Counted from the first letter of the stretch, positions 1 through 12,366 are shown. The stretch is DNA of 64,000 bases from Bacteroidota bacterium (GCA_046051225.1 JBJOOR010000009.1:40835-104834); one strand, 5' to 3'. Numbers and translations are program-made. Notes: a model not told the origin generated them from the sequence alone.

Positions 1-2
1 AA

Positions 3-563
3 TTGCTTTTAAAACATCATATTCAGCCCGAACAAATCAGTAAAGTTTTATTATCGCATTTGCATAAAGACCATTTAGGCGGTGCAGTAATGAAGGATGA
101 ATTAGATGCTTCAAAAATGAAAACTGCTTTTCCGAATGCCACTTATTTTGTGCAACAAGGCGAATGGGATTATGCCATTCAGCATAGTGGAAACTCTTAT
201 GATGCCGATGCTTTGGATGTTTTGAAATGGAGTAATCAATTGGAGTTATTAGATGGAAGTGGAACAATTGATGGTTTTATTCATTACAAAATTAGCGGTG
301 GTCATACGCCTTTTCATCAGGTGTATACAATAGAGGCGAATGGTGAAAAATATTTTTTTGGTGGCGATGTAGCGCCGCAGTTAGGGCAAATGCAGCGTAA
401 GTTTGTAGCTAAGTATGATTTTGATGGCAAGCAAAGTGCTCAGCTTCGATTAGATTATACCAAGGAAGGAATAGAAAATGATTATACATTTTTATTTTTT
501 CATGATTTAAAAAATCCAATTGCTAAACTAAAAATGGAAAACGGAATGGTGGCGGTGAAGTAA
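3..563 (+). CDS. MBL-fold metallo-hydrolase (5' end outside window)
   Basis: ORF open at the window edge. HLHKDHLGG matches the HxHxDH zinc motif of the metallo-beta-lactamase fold, with a later GGHTPFH histidine. Confidence 0.75.
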   Translation: MLLKHHIQPEQISKVLLSHLHKDHLGGAVMKDELDASKMKTAFPNATYFVQQGEWDYAIQHSGNSYDADALDVLKWSNQLELLDGSGTIDGFIHYKISGGHTPFHQVYTIEANGEKYFFGGDVAPQLGQMQRKFVAKYDFDGKQSAQLRLDYTKEGIENDYTFLFFHDLKNPIAKLKMENGMVAVK

Positions 564-583
564 AATGGTGTTCAAATAAAATT

Positions 584-591
584 TATCTTTG
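584..591 (+). promoter_or_regulatory. Bacteroidota-type -7 promoter box TATCTTTG (consensus TAnnTTTG)
   Basis: Exact TAnnTTTG match 17 nt upstream of the ATG at 609. Confidence 0.5.
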
Positions 592-608
592 TTTCGTTAA
601 TTAAAACT

Positions 609-2627
609 ATGAACAAAAATCTACTTTATATTTTCTGTATTTTGTTATCAGTTTTTTTTGCTTCGTGTGATGCAGGCAAAGAAATTGAATTAACTGGTGA
701 TAGAGCTTTTGAGCAAAAACAATTTGCTGTGGCAGCCAAGCTATTGCAAGAAGAAATTAAAACTTGTGATAAAAAAGAAGTGGCTGATAAAACGCTTAAA
801 ATTGCACAAAGTTTTGATGCCGCTAACAAAAATAAAGATGCTGCTACATGGTATAAAAGTTATTACGAAATTTCAAAAGAGCCATCTTATTTCTACAAGT
901 TTATTGAGCAACAAAAAGCAACCAATAATTATGCTGAATGTGTTAAAGATTTAAAAGAATTTATAAAAGAAAATCCTACAGAAAAATTAAAAGCAGCTTA
1001 CGAAATACAGCAATGTACTGATGCAGAGCAATGGCTAACTTCTAAATCAATGTATGCTATTAAAAAAATTGATAGCATAAATACTTTCAGAAATGAATAT
1101 GCACCTGTATCGTACGAAAAAAACAAACTCGTTTTTACATCGGATAGAATTGCAGCAACTGGCGAAGAAAAGTATGGCTGGACTGGTGAAAAATTTAGCG
1201 ATTTATTTTACAGCGAAATAAAAGATGGTAAATATCAACGACCTAAAAAATTTAGCTCGGTAATTAATACCGCTGTGCATGAAGGTACTTGCACATTTAC
1301 AAGAAATTATACAGCCATTATTTTTACCCGTTGCGGTAGCGAAAATTCGACTGATGATTTTTGTCAATTATACATCAGCGAACGCCAAAATGATGGCGAA
1401 TGGGGCGATGCATCACGATTATTTTTATTTGGTGCCGAAGATACATTGCAAAATATTGGTCAGCCATTTTTAAGCGATGATGGCAAAGCTTTATATTTCA
1501 GCAGCGACCAAGCTGGCGGATTTGGCGGTAAAGATTTATATGTATGTAATAAAATAAATGGTGGTTGGGGTAAGCCTCGAAATTTAGGAGCTACCATTAA
1601 CAGCAATGGCGATGATGTCTTTCCTTATGTACGCAAAGATGGCACTTTGTTTTTTTCATCCAACGGGCATGGTGGTATGGGAGGTTTGGATATTTTTATG
1701 TGTATGAAAAATGGCAATAAATATGGTCAGCCATTTAATTTAAAATCACCATTAAATAGTGGAGCAGATGATTTAGGATTTTCATTTGTACAATTCGAAT
1801 CGAAAAATTTACCTGATACATTGCAGGGCTATGGCTATATTTCATCAAATAGGGTAGGAGGGAAAGGTGGCGATGATATTTATAAATTTGAATTGAAGAA
1901 AGAAAAAGTAATTACATATTGGTTAAGTGGTGCAATTTCTGAAAATAAATATGAAGATGAAAATGATCCTAAGAGCAAAGTAATAGATACAATATTTGTA
2001 CAAAAAGCTGTGGTGCAATTATTTGAAACCAATAAACAAACTGGTATGCAACACCTTGTAGATACTGATACATCAGATGTTACAGGTGATTATATGTTTC
2101 AGATTGAAAACAATAAAGAGTATAAAATTGTAGTTTCGAAAAAAGGATATTTTAATAAATCGGATATAGTGCTTACTAAAAATCTTTCGCCAAAAGGCGA
2201 TGAAAGTAAAGCTTTTGCTTATAAAGATTTACGAATTGAAAAAATATTTAAGGATAAGCAAATTGAAATTCCGAACATTTTTTATGATGTAGATAAATGG
2301 AATATTCGAGTGGATGCCGCTGCTGTATTGGATACTTTGGTATTGCCCATTATGATTGAAAATCCAACTTTACAATTTGAATTAGGTTCGCATACAGATT
2401 CAAGAGGAAATGATGATTATAATTTAACGCTTAGTCAAAAACGGGCTGATGCCGTGGTTGATTATTTAATATCAAAAGGAATTAACCGTGAAAGATTGAT
2501 TGCCAAAGGATATGGAGAAACTCAAATTATTAATCGTTGTACAAATGGTGTTGATTGTAGCGATGAAGAACATCAGCAAAACAGACGTACAACATTTAAA
2601 GTGGTGGAAAATAAAGTAGAGAAATAA
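609..2627 (+). CDS. OmpA family lipoprotein with TPR-like N-terminus and PD40/TolB-like repeats
   Basis: Lipoprotein-type signal ending FFASC. Repeated DG..LYFSS / DG.LFFSS beta-propeller motifs. C-terminal OmpA domain (GSHTDSRGNDDYNLTLSQKRADAVVDYL ... NRRTTF). Confidence 0.85.
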   Translation: MNKNLLYIFCILLSVFFASCDAGKEIELTGDRAFEQKQFAVAAKLLQEEIKTCDKKEVADKTLKIAQSFDAANKNKDAATWYKSYYEISKEPSYFYKFIEQQKATNNYAECVKDLKEFIKENPTEKLKAAYEIQQCTDAEQWLTSKSMYAIKKIDSINTFRNEYAPVSYEKNKLVFTSDRIAATGEEKYGWTGEKFSDLFYSEIKDGKYQRPKKFSSVINTAVHEGTCTFTRNYTAIIFTRCGSENSTDDFCQLYISERQNDGEWGDASRLFLFGAEDTLQNIGQPFLSDDGKALYFSSDQAGGFGGKDLYVCNKINGGWGKPRNLGATINSNGDDVFPYVRKDGTLFFSSNGHGGMGGLDIFMCMKNGNKYGQPFNLKSPLNSGADDLGFSFVQFESKNLPDTLQGYGYISSNRVGGKGGDDIYKFELKKEKVITYWLSGAISENKYEDENDPKSKVIDTIFVQKAVVQLFETNKQTGMQHLVDTDTSDVTGDYMFQIENNKEYKIVVSKKGYFNKSDIVLTKNLSPKGDESKAFAYKDLRIEKIFKDKQIEIPNIFYDVDKWNIRVDAAAVLDTLVLPIMIENPTLQFELGSHTDSRGNDDYNLTLSQKRADAVVDYLISKGINRERLIAKGYGETQIINRCTNGVDCSDEEHQQNRRTTFKVVENKVEK

Positions 2628-2633
2628 TTTGTT

Positions 2634-3776
2634 TTATGATTGATGCAAAGCAACAATTTTTCCTTTTTCTAATTCAAAAATTTCAAAATCTTTATTTACT
2701 TTTCTTAGCGATTTTTCCAATCTATTTTTATCGGTATCGCTGATAAAAATTTGAGCATCGGTAGGTAAAATACTCATCAATGCATCAGCTCGTTCTTCAT
2801 CCAGCCTATCAAAAAAATCATCAATTAATAAAAATGGATTTTTGTTTAATTGCTTTTGAATGAAATAAAATTGAGCTATTTTTAAGCTAATTATAAATGA
2901 TTTTTGTTGCCCCTGCGAACCATATTTTTTGATGGACTGTTGATTCATTTCAAATACTAAATCATCTTTATGAATGCCAATATTGGTGCGTTGTGTAATC
3001 AAATCTTTTTGAAGATTTTGCTGCAATAGTTCTTTGAAATTATTGCCACTTAAATCGCTTTCATATTTGATAGATACTATTTCTTTGTCGCTGCTTAGCT
3101 TAGCATAAATTTTTTTTGAATAAGCTTCAATTAAAGGAATGGTTTCATTTCGAATAGTAAAAATAAATGGTGCAATAGAAGCCAATTGTTCATCATAAGT
3201 TTGCAACAAACTTAAATTTTGTTTTTGCTGCTTAGCAAATTGCTTCAACAATGTATTTCTTTGTAAAAGCAATTTATTATACAACATCAATTTTTCTAAG
3301 TATTGATTATTAGTTTGCGAAATTAAATTATCTAAAAATTTACGTCGCAATTCACCACCTTCTAAAATCAATTCGTTATCATAAGGCGTTATCATTACAG
3401 CAGGAAATTTTCCAATATGGTCGCTTATTTTTTCATAATTACTATTGTTAAGCAAAAATTCTTTTTTACCATTTAGTGGTTGTTTACAAGTAATTTCAGT
3501 GGTTTCTTTGTCTTTGCTAAGCAATTTTCCTTGAAGTCTGAAAAAATCGTGTTCATGCTGTACATTAAAATTATCATTGCTATTAAAATAGCTTTTTGAT
3601 ATACATAGATAATAAATGGCGTCTAAAATATTGGTTTTGCCCACACCATTCAACCCTGTAAAGCATACTATGGCTTTGCTAAACCGAAAATGGGTTTGGG
3701 TATGGTTTTTAAACTGAATAATTTGAAGTTGATTAAAATGCACTTTGCAAAAGTAGTTGCTTAAAAACAAAACCAA
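2634..3776 (-). CDS. recF: DNA replication and repair protein RecF
   Basis: Walker A GLNGVGKTNILDAIYYL. N-terminus LQIIQFKNH is typical of RecF, and the C-terminal half carries an LLIDD Walker B-like motif. Start is uncertain: ATG at 3776 or in-frame GTG at 3743. Confidence 0.9.
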   Translation of the reverse strand: MVLFLSNYFCKVHFNQLQIIQFKNHTQTHFRFSKAIVCFTGLNGVGKTNILDAIYYLCISKSYFNSNDNFNVQHEHDFFRLQGKLLSKDKETTEITCKQPLNGKKEFLLNNSNYEKISDHIGKFPAVMITPYDNELILEGGELRRKFLDNLISQTNNQYLEKLMLYNKLLLQRNTLLKQFAKQQKQNLSLLQTYDEQLASIAPFIFTIRNETIPLIEAYSKKIYAKLSSDKEIVSIKYESDLSGNNFKELLQQNLQKDLITQRTNIGIHKDDLVFEMNQQSIKKYGSQGQQKSFIISLKIAQFYFIQKQLNKNPFLLIDDFFDRLDEERADALMSILPTDAQIFISDTDKNRLEKSLRKVNKDFEIFELEKGKIVALHQS

Positions 3777-3834
3777 TGAACATTTAAAACTAAAAAGTGT
3801 TTATTATTAAATTTTGGCAAATGAATTTTACAAC

Positions 3835-3842
3835 TAATTTTG
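3835..3842 (+). promoter_or_regulatory. -7 promoter box TAATTTTG
   Basis: TAnnTTTG match 37 nt upstream of the trxA ATG. Confidence 0.45.
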
Positions 3843-3879
3843 TCGGAATAAATTTTAAACAAATAAAATAATTAATAAA

Positions 3880-4197
3880 ATGGCACTAGTATTTACAGAT
3901 GCAAACTTCGATAGCGAAGTAATGAAAGGCGACAAAGTTGCTTTAGTTGATTTTTGGGCAGAATGGTGTGGACCATGCCGCATGATTGGTCCTTCAGTGG
4001 AGCAATTGGCTACCGAATATGAAGGAAAAGCTAAAATTGGCAAATTGAATGTGGATGAAAATCCTAATGTATCAATGCAATTTGGAATTAGAAATATTCC
4101 AGCAATTTTATTTATCAAAAATGGTGAAGTAGTTGATAAACAAGTAGGCGCAGCACCAAAATCGGTAATTGAAGCTAAATTGAAATTACATTTGTAA
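3880..4197 (+). CDS. trxA: thioredoxin
   Basis: 105 aa with the canonical WAEWCGPCRM active site. Confidence 0.95.
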   Translation: MALVFTDANFDSEVMKGDKVALVDFWAEWCGPCRMIGPSVEQLATEYEGKAKIGKLNVDENPNVSMQFGIRNIPAILFIKNGEVVDKQVGAAPKSVIEAKLKLHL

Positions 4198-4216
4198 TTC
4201 AATTAAAAATCCTCTT

Positions 4217-4254
4217 AAAAGCCCTGAAATTTATAAATGATTTTTAGGGCTTTT
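4217..4254. terminator. bidirectional stem-loop terminator between convergent trxA and ligA
   Basis: AAAAGCCCT (4217-4225) pairs perfectly with AGGGCTTTT (4246-4254). A-run and T-run flanks. Confidence 0.7.
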
Positions 4255-6375
4255 TTATTCATTCACCATTTTCAGAAATTCTGCTTCATCAATAATTTTT
4301 ATCGAAGCAATTTTTTGAGCTTTTTCTAATTTGCTACCAGCATCGGCACCCACAATTAAGTAGTTTAATTTTTTGTTGATGCTTCCCAATACAGTTCCAC
4401 CATGTTCTTCAACAATTGCTTCTGCTTTGCTTCTACCCAATGTAGGTAATGTACCTGTGAATAAAAATGTCAATTCACTGAATTTTTTTGACAAAGAATT
4501 TTCAGCAACCTTTGCTTCAAAATTCAATCCTAAATTTTTCAATTCCTCCAACATTTTTAGATTGTTTTCATTGCTGAAATATTCAATTAATGATTGCGCA
4601 CTTTTCTTTCCAATATCTTGAAACTTCATTAATTTCTTTTCGACATCTTCTACTTTTATTTCCTTTTTAAGTTCTACAATGTTTTTTATATCGTCAAATT
4701 GGTGGATACTACGCTCTAAAGATTTGGCTGTTCCCTCACCAACATATCTAATTCCTAGAGCAAAAATTAATCTATGCAGTGGTAACTTTTTGCATTCCTC
4801 AATTCCGTCTTTTAAAATTTGAATTGATTTTTCACCAAAGCCATCGAGCGAAGAAATTTTTTCAAAATCAATTTTAAAAATGCTTGGAATATCAGTAATG
4901 ATGCCCATTTCGTAAAACTTACGAATATTCGCTTCGCCCAATCCTTTCACATCCATTGCATCTTTTGATACAAAATGAATAATGCGTTCAACGCTTTGTG
5001 CAGGGCAATTTACATTCACACACCGCCATACTGCTTCTTCTTCGGGTTTTGTTAAAATTGAATTACATGATGGACAATTCGTAGGAAAAATATTTTTTTG
5101 TTCGCTGCCATTTCGAGCATCAGCTAACGATTTCACGATGTAAGGAATCACATCGCCGCTGCGTTCAATCAACACTTTGTCGCCAATCATCAAATCTTTT
5201 TCACGAATCACATCTTCATTAAAAAGTGAAATGGATGAAATCGTTACACCAGCTAAAGGCACGGGTTCAATTTTGGCAACAGGTGTAATTGCACCTGTTC
5301 TGCCCACTTGATATTCGATGTTCAAAAGCGTTGATGTAGCTTGCTTTGCAGCAAATTTATAAGCTATCGCCCATCGCGGATGATGAGCTGTGTAACCACA
5401 TTTTTCTTGAAGAATTAATGAATTTACTTTCACCACCATGCCATCAATTTCATAATCTAATGAGTTGCGTTTTGCTTCCCATTCGTTGCATTTTGCAATT
5501 ACTTCATCAATATTTTTGCAAACACTCAAAACAGAAAAAGAGCTGCGAATGCCCAATTTATCAATGGTTTCGATGGCTTGTGAATGATGCGTTATGATTT
5601 TACGAAGTGCATCATTGCCATTTTCATCTTCACAAAAACTTACGTGATACAAAAATGCTTCCATGCCACGTTGCGCCACTTCTTTTGGGTCTTTCATCCG
5701 CAAGCCGCCAGTGGCAGCATTTCGGGGGTTTGCAAACGGCGGTAAATTATTTTCAACTCGTTGCTGATTTATCTTTTTAAATTTTTCATTCGGAATAATT
5801 ACTTCGCCACGAATTTCAATTTTGCGAATTTTATTTTTCGAAAAATCTGCCGAAAGTGGAATGCTGCGAAGCTGTTTTAAATTGTTCGTAATCTCTTCGC
5901 CTACGCTGCCATCGCCACGTGTAGCCCCACGAGTGAAAATATTATTTTCAAAAATTATCGAGATTCCACCGCCATCAAATTTTGGCTCAACAACATATTC
6001 CACTTCATCGGCTTCAATAAATTCTTTAACTTTTCTGTCCCAATCTTTCAAATCATTTTCGTCATAACTATTTTCCAAACTCAACATTGGTACGATGTGT
6101 TTCACTTCTGTAAAATCATCGCTCAAGCCCACAGCCACACGTTGTGTAGGCGAATCGGGTGTAATTAATTCGGGATGATTTTTTTCAATTTCTTTCAATT
6201 GATCAAACAAAGTATCGTACTCAAAATCACTTATCAATGGCTCATCTAAAACATAATAACGATGTTCGTGAAAGCGAAGCACATCTTTCAAAGCATTTAT
6301 AGTATCAGCATTTGCAGGATGCTTAATGAATTGATGGGTTTGTTCTATTATTAAGTGTGAATCTTTATGCATCAT
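4255..6375 (-). CDS. ligA: NAD-dependent DNA ligase LigA
   Basis: Adenylation motif EPKFDGG. Zn-finger cysteines CPSC...C..VNC. HhH region and C-terminal BRCT-like FLFTGTL... Confidence 0.95.
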   Translation of the reverse strand: MMHKDSHLIIEQTHQFIKHPANADTINALKDVLRFHEHRYYVLDEPLISDFEYDTLFDQLKEIEKNHPELITPDSPTQRVAVGLSDDFTEVKHIVPMLSLENSYDENDLKDWDRKVKEFIEADEVEYVVEPKFDGGGISIIFENNIFTRGATRGDGSVGEEITNNLKQLRSIPLSADFSKNKIRKIEIRGEVIIPNEKFKKINQQRVENNLPPFANPRNAATGGLRMKDPKEVAQRGMEAFLYHVSFCEDENGNDALRKIITHHSQAIETIDKLGIRSSFSVLSVCKNIDEVIAKCNEWEAKRNSLDYEIDGMVVKVNSLILQEKCGYTAHHPRWAIAYKFAAKQATSTLLNIEYQVGRTGAITPVAKIEPVPLAGVTISSISLFNEDVIREKDLMIGDKVLIERSGDVIPYIVKSLADARNGSEQKNIFPTNCPSCNSILTKPEEEAVWRCVNVNCPAQSVERIIHFVSKDAMDVKGLGEANIRKFYEMGIITDIPSIFKIDFEKISSLDGFGEKSIQILKDGIEECKKLPLHRLIFALGIRYVGEGTAKSLERSIHQFDDIKNIVELKKEIKVEDVEKKLMKFQDIGKKSAQSLIEYFSNENNLKMLEELKNLGLNFEAKVAENSLSKKFSELTFLFTGTLPTLGRSKAEAIVEEHGGTVLGSINKKLNYLIVGADAGSKLEKAQKIASIKIIDEAEFLKMVNE

Positions 6376-6440
6376 AAAACAAATGTAAAAACAAACATTT
6401 TAAAATTGATAGATGAGTATAAAAATAAGTAATGCTAAAC

Positions 6441-6448
6441 TATTTTTG
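6441..6448 (+). promoter_or_regulatory. -7 promoter box TATTTTTG
   Basis: TAnnTTTG match 12 nt upstream of the ATG at 6461. It lies inside the longer ORF-track start (6413), which argues for the 6461 start. Confidence 0.45.
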
Positions 6449-6460
6449 CAATTATCATTC

Positions 6461-7486
6461 ATGAAAAAGACAGCCTTTAAATATAAAATTGATGACAAAG
6501 TATGGTTGATACATACTGCCGAAATTGGCATTGTGAAAGACTTTGTGAATATGCACATGCTTAAAATTCAATTGGATGAACAAAATATTGTTCCTGTATT
6601 TATAGATGATTTAGAGTTGTATAAAGAGCAAGATGCAGTGCAATCAGAACCCGAAATGGTTGATTCGAAACAAATACTATCTGAAGCGGAATTGTACTTT
6701 ATCAAAAATCAAAACAATATTGAAACTGGTTTACATCTTTCATTTTTGCCTGTTGAAATTGATGAGCAACATTTTTTTGAAATGATATTGGTAAATGATA
6801 CCAATGATGATGTACAATTTCAAATAAAATTAAGCCTGAATAATGAATTGTATATGCATTTAAAAAATCGGTTAAATAGGCGATATATCTATCGTTTGGG
6901 CGATTTGGCTTTTGATGAATTAAATGAAAATCCATTAATTGAAATTACTATCGAACATAATTCGCATCCATTATTTCAATTATCAAAAACAATAAAACTA
7001 AAACCAAAATCATTCTTTAAAGATTTATCATCAACGCCAATTTTAAACGAATCGGCTTATAATTATCAATTAGGATTATTACTAAATCAATCAGAAAGCA
7101 GAAATAAAGAAATTGAAATTAATACCACTTTAGTAAAACATGTGGAACGAAAAATAAAAGAAAATTTCAAGAAACCACAACCCGAAAAACACAAACATTT
7201 TTATATTGATGATACGATTGATTTGCATATCGAAAACTTGATTGATAGCCATGCAGGCATGACCAATGCTGAAATTATTAAAATTCAATTACAGCATTTC
7301 AGAAAATGTTTTGAAGAAGCAATGATTCATAAACTAACTAAATTTACAGTAATTCATGGCATTGGCAAAGGCAAATTAAGAGCCGACATTTGGTTGATTA
7401 TTAAAGAGTATAATGCGGTAAGAAGTTTTAAAAATGAATTCCATCCATTGTATGGATTTGGTGCTACTGAAATATTTTTTCGGTAG
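6461..7486 (+). CDS. Smr domain-containing protein (DUF2027-like N-terminus)
   Basis: C-terminal Smr signature IDLHIE...VIHGIGKGKLRADI. Confidence 0.7.
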   Translation: MKKTAFKYKIDDKVWLIHTAEIGIVKDFVNMHMLKIQLDEQNIVPVFIDDLELYKEQDAVQSEPEMVDSKQILSEAELYFIKNQNNIETGLHLSFLPVEIDEQHFFEMILVNDTNDDVQFQIKLSLNNELYMHLKNRLNRRYIYRLGDLAFDELNENPLIEITIEHNSHPLFQLSKTIKLKPKSFFKDLSSTPILNESAYNYQLGLLLNQSESRNKEIEINTTLVKHVERKIKENFKKPQPEKHKHFYIDDTIDLHIENLIDSHAGMTNAEIIKIQLQHFRKCFEEAMIHKLTKFTVIHGIGKGKLRADIWLIIKEYNAVRSFKNEFHPLYGFGATEIFFR

Positions 7487-7529
7487 TTGTTAAACAAAAA
7501 ATTCAACATTCTGTTTTATCTTGCCACAC

Positions 7530-8141
7530 ATGTTAGAAGCATTATTAAAAGGATTTTTATTGGGTTTGGTTTTAATGCTGTCGGTAGGGCCTGCGTTTTT
7601 TGCGGTGATAGATACCAGCATTAATAAGGGTTTCCGAACGGCATTGTATTTTACATTTGGTGTTTGGCTTAGCGATATTACTTATATCTGCCTTACCAAT
7701 TTAGGCGCTACACAATTGCTTACACAGCGTATTACAGCAGTGTATTTAGTGGGTGGTGTGGTGCTATTAATAATTGGTATTATTATGCTGATGAAAAAGC
7801 AAAAAGATGAAGTTGAACATGTAGAAGTTAAAAAAGGCGATTTAGTAAAATCATTTGGCAAAGGCTGGTTAATCAATACCACAGCGCCTGGCGTAATATT
7901 ATTTTGGGCTGCTGCTGCTGTTCATGTGCAAAACGAAGAATTTACTGTGAATCAAAAATTTGCTTTTTTTGGTGCAGCCGTTTTAATTGTAGTTTCAACT
8001 GATATTGGCAAAGCCTATTCGGCACAAAAATTAAAAGACCAATGGTTAAAGCCATCTGTGATACATTTAGTAAACAAATTGAGTGGAATAGGGATGTTGA
8101 TTTTTGGCGCATACATGATTTATAAAGGATTTAAACATTAA
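7530..8141 (+). CDS. LysE family translocator
   Basis: About 200 aa polytopic membrane protein. N-terminus MLEALLKGFLLGL..SVGPAFF is typical of the LysE/RhtB family. The ORF-track TTG at 7521 is less likely than the ATG at 7530. Confidence 0.75.
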   Translation: MLEALLKGFLLGLVLMLSVGPAFFAVIDTSINKGFRTALYFTFGVWLSDITYICLTNLGATQLLTQRITAVYLVGGVVLLIIGIIMLMKKQKDEVEHVEVKKGDLVKSFGKGWLINTTAPGVILFWAAAAVHVQNEEFTVNQKFAFFGAAVLIVVSTDIGKAYSAQKLKDQWLKPSVIHLVNKLSGIGMLIFGAYMIYKGFKH

Positions 8142-8158
8142 TTGATTTAAGATTTAAA

Positions 8159-8491
8159 ATGAATAAGATTACATTTTTATTTGAAGAAAAAGGAAAAGAA
8201 CCTATCGTGTTAGATTGCCCCCAAGGTGAATCTATTTTAGAAATAACATTGCAAAATGATTTGGGTTTACATCATAATTGTGGCGGCGTATGTGCTTGTA
8301 GCACTTGCCATATTTATGTTGAAAAAGGGATGGATTTTTTAGAAGAATTATCAGATAGGGAAGAAGATTTTATTGATAGAGCTAAAAGCCCAAAACTGAA
8401 TAGCCGCTTGGCTTGTCAATGTGTTTTGTTAGAAGATAATAAAGAAATTACGGTTACCATTGCCGACCAAAGTTTGCTACTTGGCGATTAA
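8159..8491 (+). CDS. 2Fe-2S ferredoxin (adrenodoxin/Fdx type)
   Basis: Cluster ligands CGGVCACSTCH plus a distal LACQC. Confidence 0.85.
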   Translation: MNKITFLFEEKGKEPIVLDCPQGESILEITLQNDLGLHHNCGGVCACSTCHIYVEKGMDFLEELSDREEDFIDRAKSPKLNSRLACQCVLLEDNKEITVTIADQSLLLGD

Positions 8492-8517
8492 TATTTCAAC
8501 CCATTAATACAGTTGAA

Positions 8518-9918
8518 ATGAATATAAACGAAAGAAAATTTAACGACCCACAATGGAAACATACCATCGAAGCTATGCAGCAATTATCTGCAAAGTTGCC
8601 ATGGGCAAATCGTTTACGTCATCCTTATTATTTTTCTTTCAAACGTAATTTTAAAAATGGATTAAAACTGCAAATCAGTTTTTGGGTTGAAGCTGTGTTT
8701 TTTTATCTACATCATTTTGCTTTGTTGTTTCGAAAAAAACAGAAAGCAAAATTTTCAAACAACAAGATTGTTTTCTTTTTAGATTTTAATACAGCCTATT
8801 TAAATGCGTTGTTGCCACTTTGCAAAGCGATGAGTGATAAAGGTTTGGGGTTTGATGTATTTATTCCACAAAAAAATTATTCAAAAGTTATTGAACGATT
8901 GCAACAAGAAAATATTCTACTTCAAAATATTATTACCGATTCCGATTTTCTTCCTTCCCATTATTTTAATGCATTTATAAATGCTACTTTTTTATCGAAA
9001 ATAGATGTTTTAAAATGGTTGTTTGCTAATGTAAAAAAGAAATTATTTTTAGTAGCCAATGTGTGGCAATATGCATTTCATCAACGTTTTTATCAAAAGC
9101 AAATACATACATATTTAGCCAATGAAAAATATTTAATTGGAGCTGGTGACCATTGGTTTTGGGATTCGATTTTTTATTTAGAAGCACAAAATACACCTTG
9201 TACAAGCATTGTAGCCCAGCATGGATTAATGGGCGAATTTAATTACCCCATGTTAGCTAAAAAATATTGGGTTTGGGGCAAGCATGATTTTGATGTAATG
9301 ACGCAGCAATTTTTAGCTGATGAAAATGAAATTGAAATTGTCGGTAGTGCTCATTTTGATGCCTTTGCAAACAAGGTTAATCGGCAAATAAATGCGGAAG
9401 AAAAAAAGTACATCACATTTTTTACCCAGCCATATTTTAAATACAAAGCTTTAGGCGATGGATTGTATGAGCAAGTTGTGAAATGGTTTCTATCATTAGA
9501 AATAGCAGCTAAAAAGCATGACAAACAATTGCTAATTAAATGGCATCAATTAGATAATGAAAGCTTCTATCCATTTATAAATAAAGACATAAAAACAAGC
9601 CGTGAAAGTTTGGATAAAGTGCTGTCAGAAACTATGATTGGAATTACAGTTGATTCAGCTATTATGTTCGAATCGGCTATGGCTAATGTGTTGATGGTTC
9701 AGCTAAAGCATCCTAGCTTTGAAAGATTTATTGATTTCAGTAATGATAATCTTACATTAAAAGCCGAATCGGAACTTGAATTATTAACCTTAATTGAAAA
9801 ACTAATTACCGATAAATTATACCTACAACATCAAACTGAATTGATGCAAAAATCCATTTCAAATTATTTAGCTAATCAAGGCAATACAGTAGAAGAAATG
9901 ATAGTTAGATGTAAATAA
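8518..9918 (+). CDS. hypothetical protein (no motif recognised; possibly GT-B-like)
   Basis: Long uninterrupted ORF of 466 aa with no competing frame. Function not recognisable by eye. Confidence 0.5.
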   Translation: MNINERKFNDPQWKHTIEAMQQLSAKLPWANRLRHPYYFSFKRNFKNGLKLQISFWVEAVFFYLHHFALLFRKKQKAKFSNNKIVFFLDFNTAYLNALLPLCKAMSDKGLGFDVFIPQKNYSKVIERLQQENILLQNIITDSDFLPSHYFNAFINATFLSKIDVLKWLFANVKKKLFLVANVWQYAFHQRFYQKQIHTYLANEKYLIGAGDHWFWDSIFYLEAQNTPCTSIVAQHGLMGEFNYPMLAKKYWVWGKHDFDVMTQQFLADENEIEIVGSAHFDAFANKVNRQINAEEKKYITFFTQPYFKYKALGDGLYEQVVKWFLSLEIAAKKHDKQLLIKWHQLDNESFYPFINKDIKTSRESLDKVLSETMIGITVDSAIMFESAMANVLMVQLKHPSFERFIDFSNDNLTLKAESELELLTLIEKLITDKLYLQHQTELMQKSISNYLANQGNTVEEMIVRCK

Positions 9919-9969
9919 AATTAGCAATTAAAATTTGTTATTCGGCAATTCAACTTTACTTTTACATGA

Positions 9970-10088
9970 AACTTTAGGGGCGGCGAAAATAATTTGCTAA
10001 TTGGATAATGTGCTAATCTGCTAATTATGAAATGCCTGAGATGAACCCTTAGAACTTGAAACAGGTAATGCTGGCGAAAGGAAAAGAA
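9970..10088 (+). promoter_or_regulatory. TPP (THI-box) riboswitch
   Basis: AGGGGCGGC ... GCCTGAGATGAACCCTTAGAACTTGAAACAGGTAATGCTGGCGAAAGGAAA matches the conserved CUGAGA / ACCCUU-GAACCUGA-(U)AAUGCCAGCG-AGGGA core. It lies upstream of thiS-thiC. Confidence 0.85.
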
Positions 10089-10205
10089 CGACAATGAGCT
10101 AATGTGATGATATGCTAATTAAATACAAGCTCTTTCTTTCCCAACAATTTTCTGTTTTATTTTATCAGTGTTAATTATAAAAATCAGCGTCATCGGCGTT
10201 CTATT

Positions 10206-10409
10206 ATGCAAATAGAAATTAACAACGAAATAAAAACGATAACTGAAAATTTTTCAGCGCAACAAGTATTTGAACTATTGCAGATTCCAAACACAAATGG
10301 TTATGCTTTGGCAATTAATAATACGGTTGTACCGAAATCAAAATGGACTGAAACAATTTTAAAAGAAAACGATAAAGTGCTTGTAATACAGGCTACACAA
10401 GGAGGATAA
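10206..10409 (+). CDS. thiS: sulfur carrier protein ThiS
   Basis: 67 aa ubiquitin-like protein ending in GG. Sits downstream of the TPP riboswitch and upstream of thiC. Confidence 0.85.
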   Translation: MQIEINNEIKTITENFSAQQVFELLQIPNTNGYALAINNTVVPKSKWTETILKENDKVLVIQATQGG

Positions 10410-10419
10410 AACATTTATT

Positions 10420-12366
<1,947 letters not shown>

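Noticed and set aside
3741-3755. TACTTTTG -7 box (minus strand, 3748-3755) and GTG at 3743 as the true recF start
   Set aside because: The GTG start would give a textbook RecF N-terminus. However, the box ends only 4 nt before it, and a leaderless GTG start is doubtful. The ATG at 3776 was kept and the ambiguity flagged.
3855-4202. 115-aa minus-strand ORF
   Set aside because: It is antisense to trxA, whose WCGPC motif identifies the real frame.
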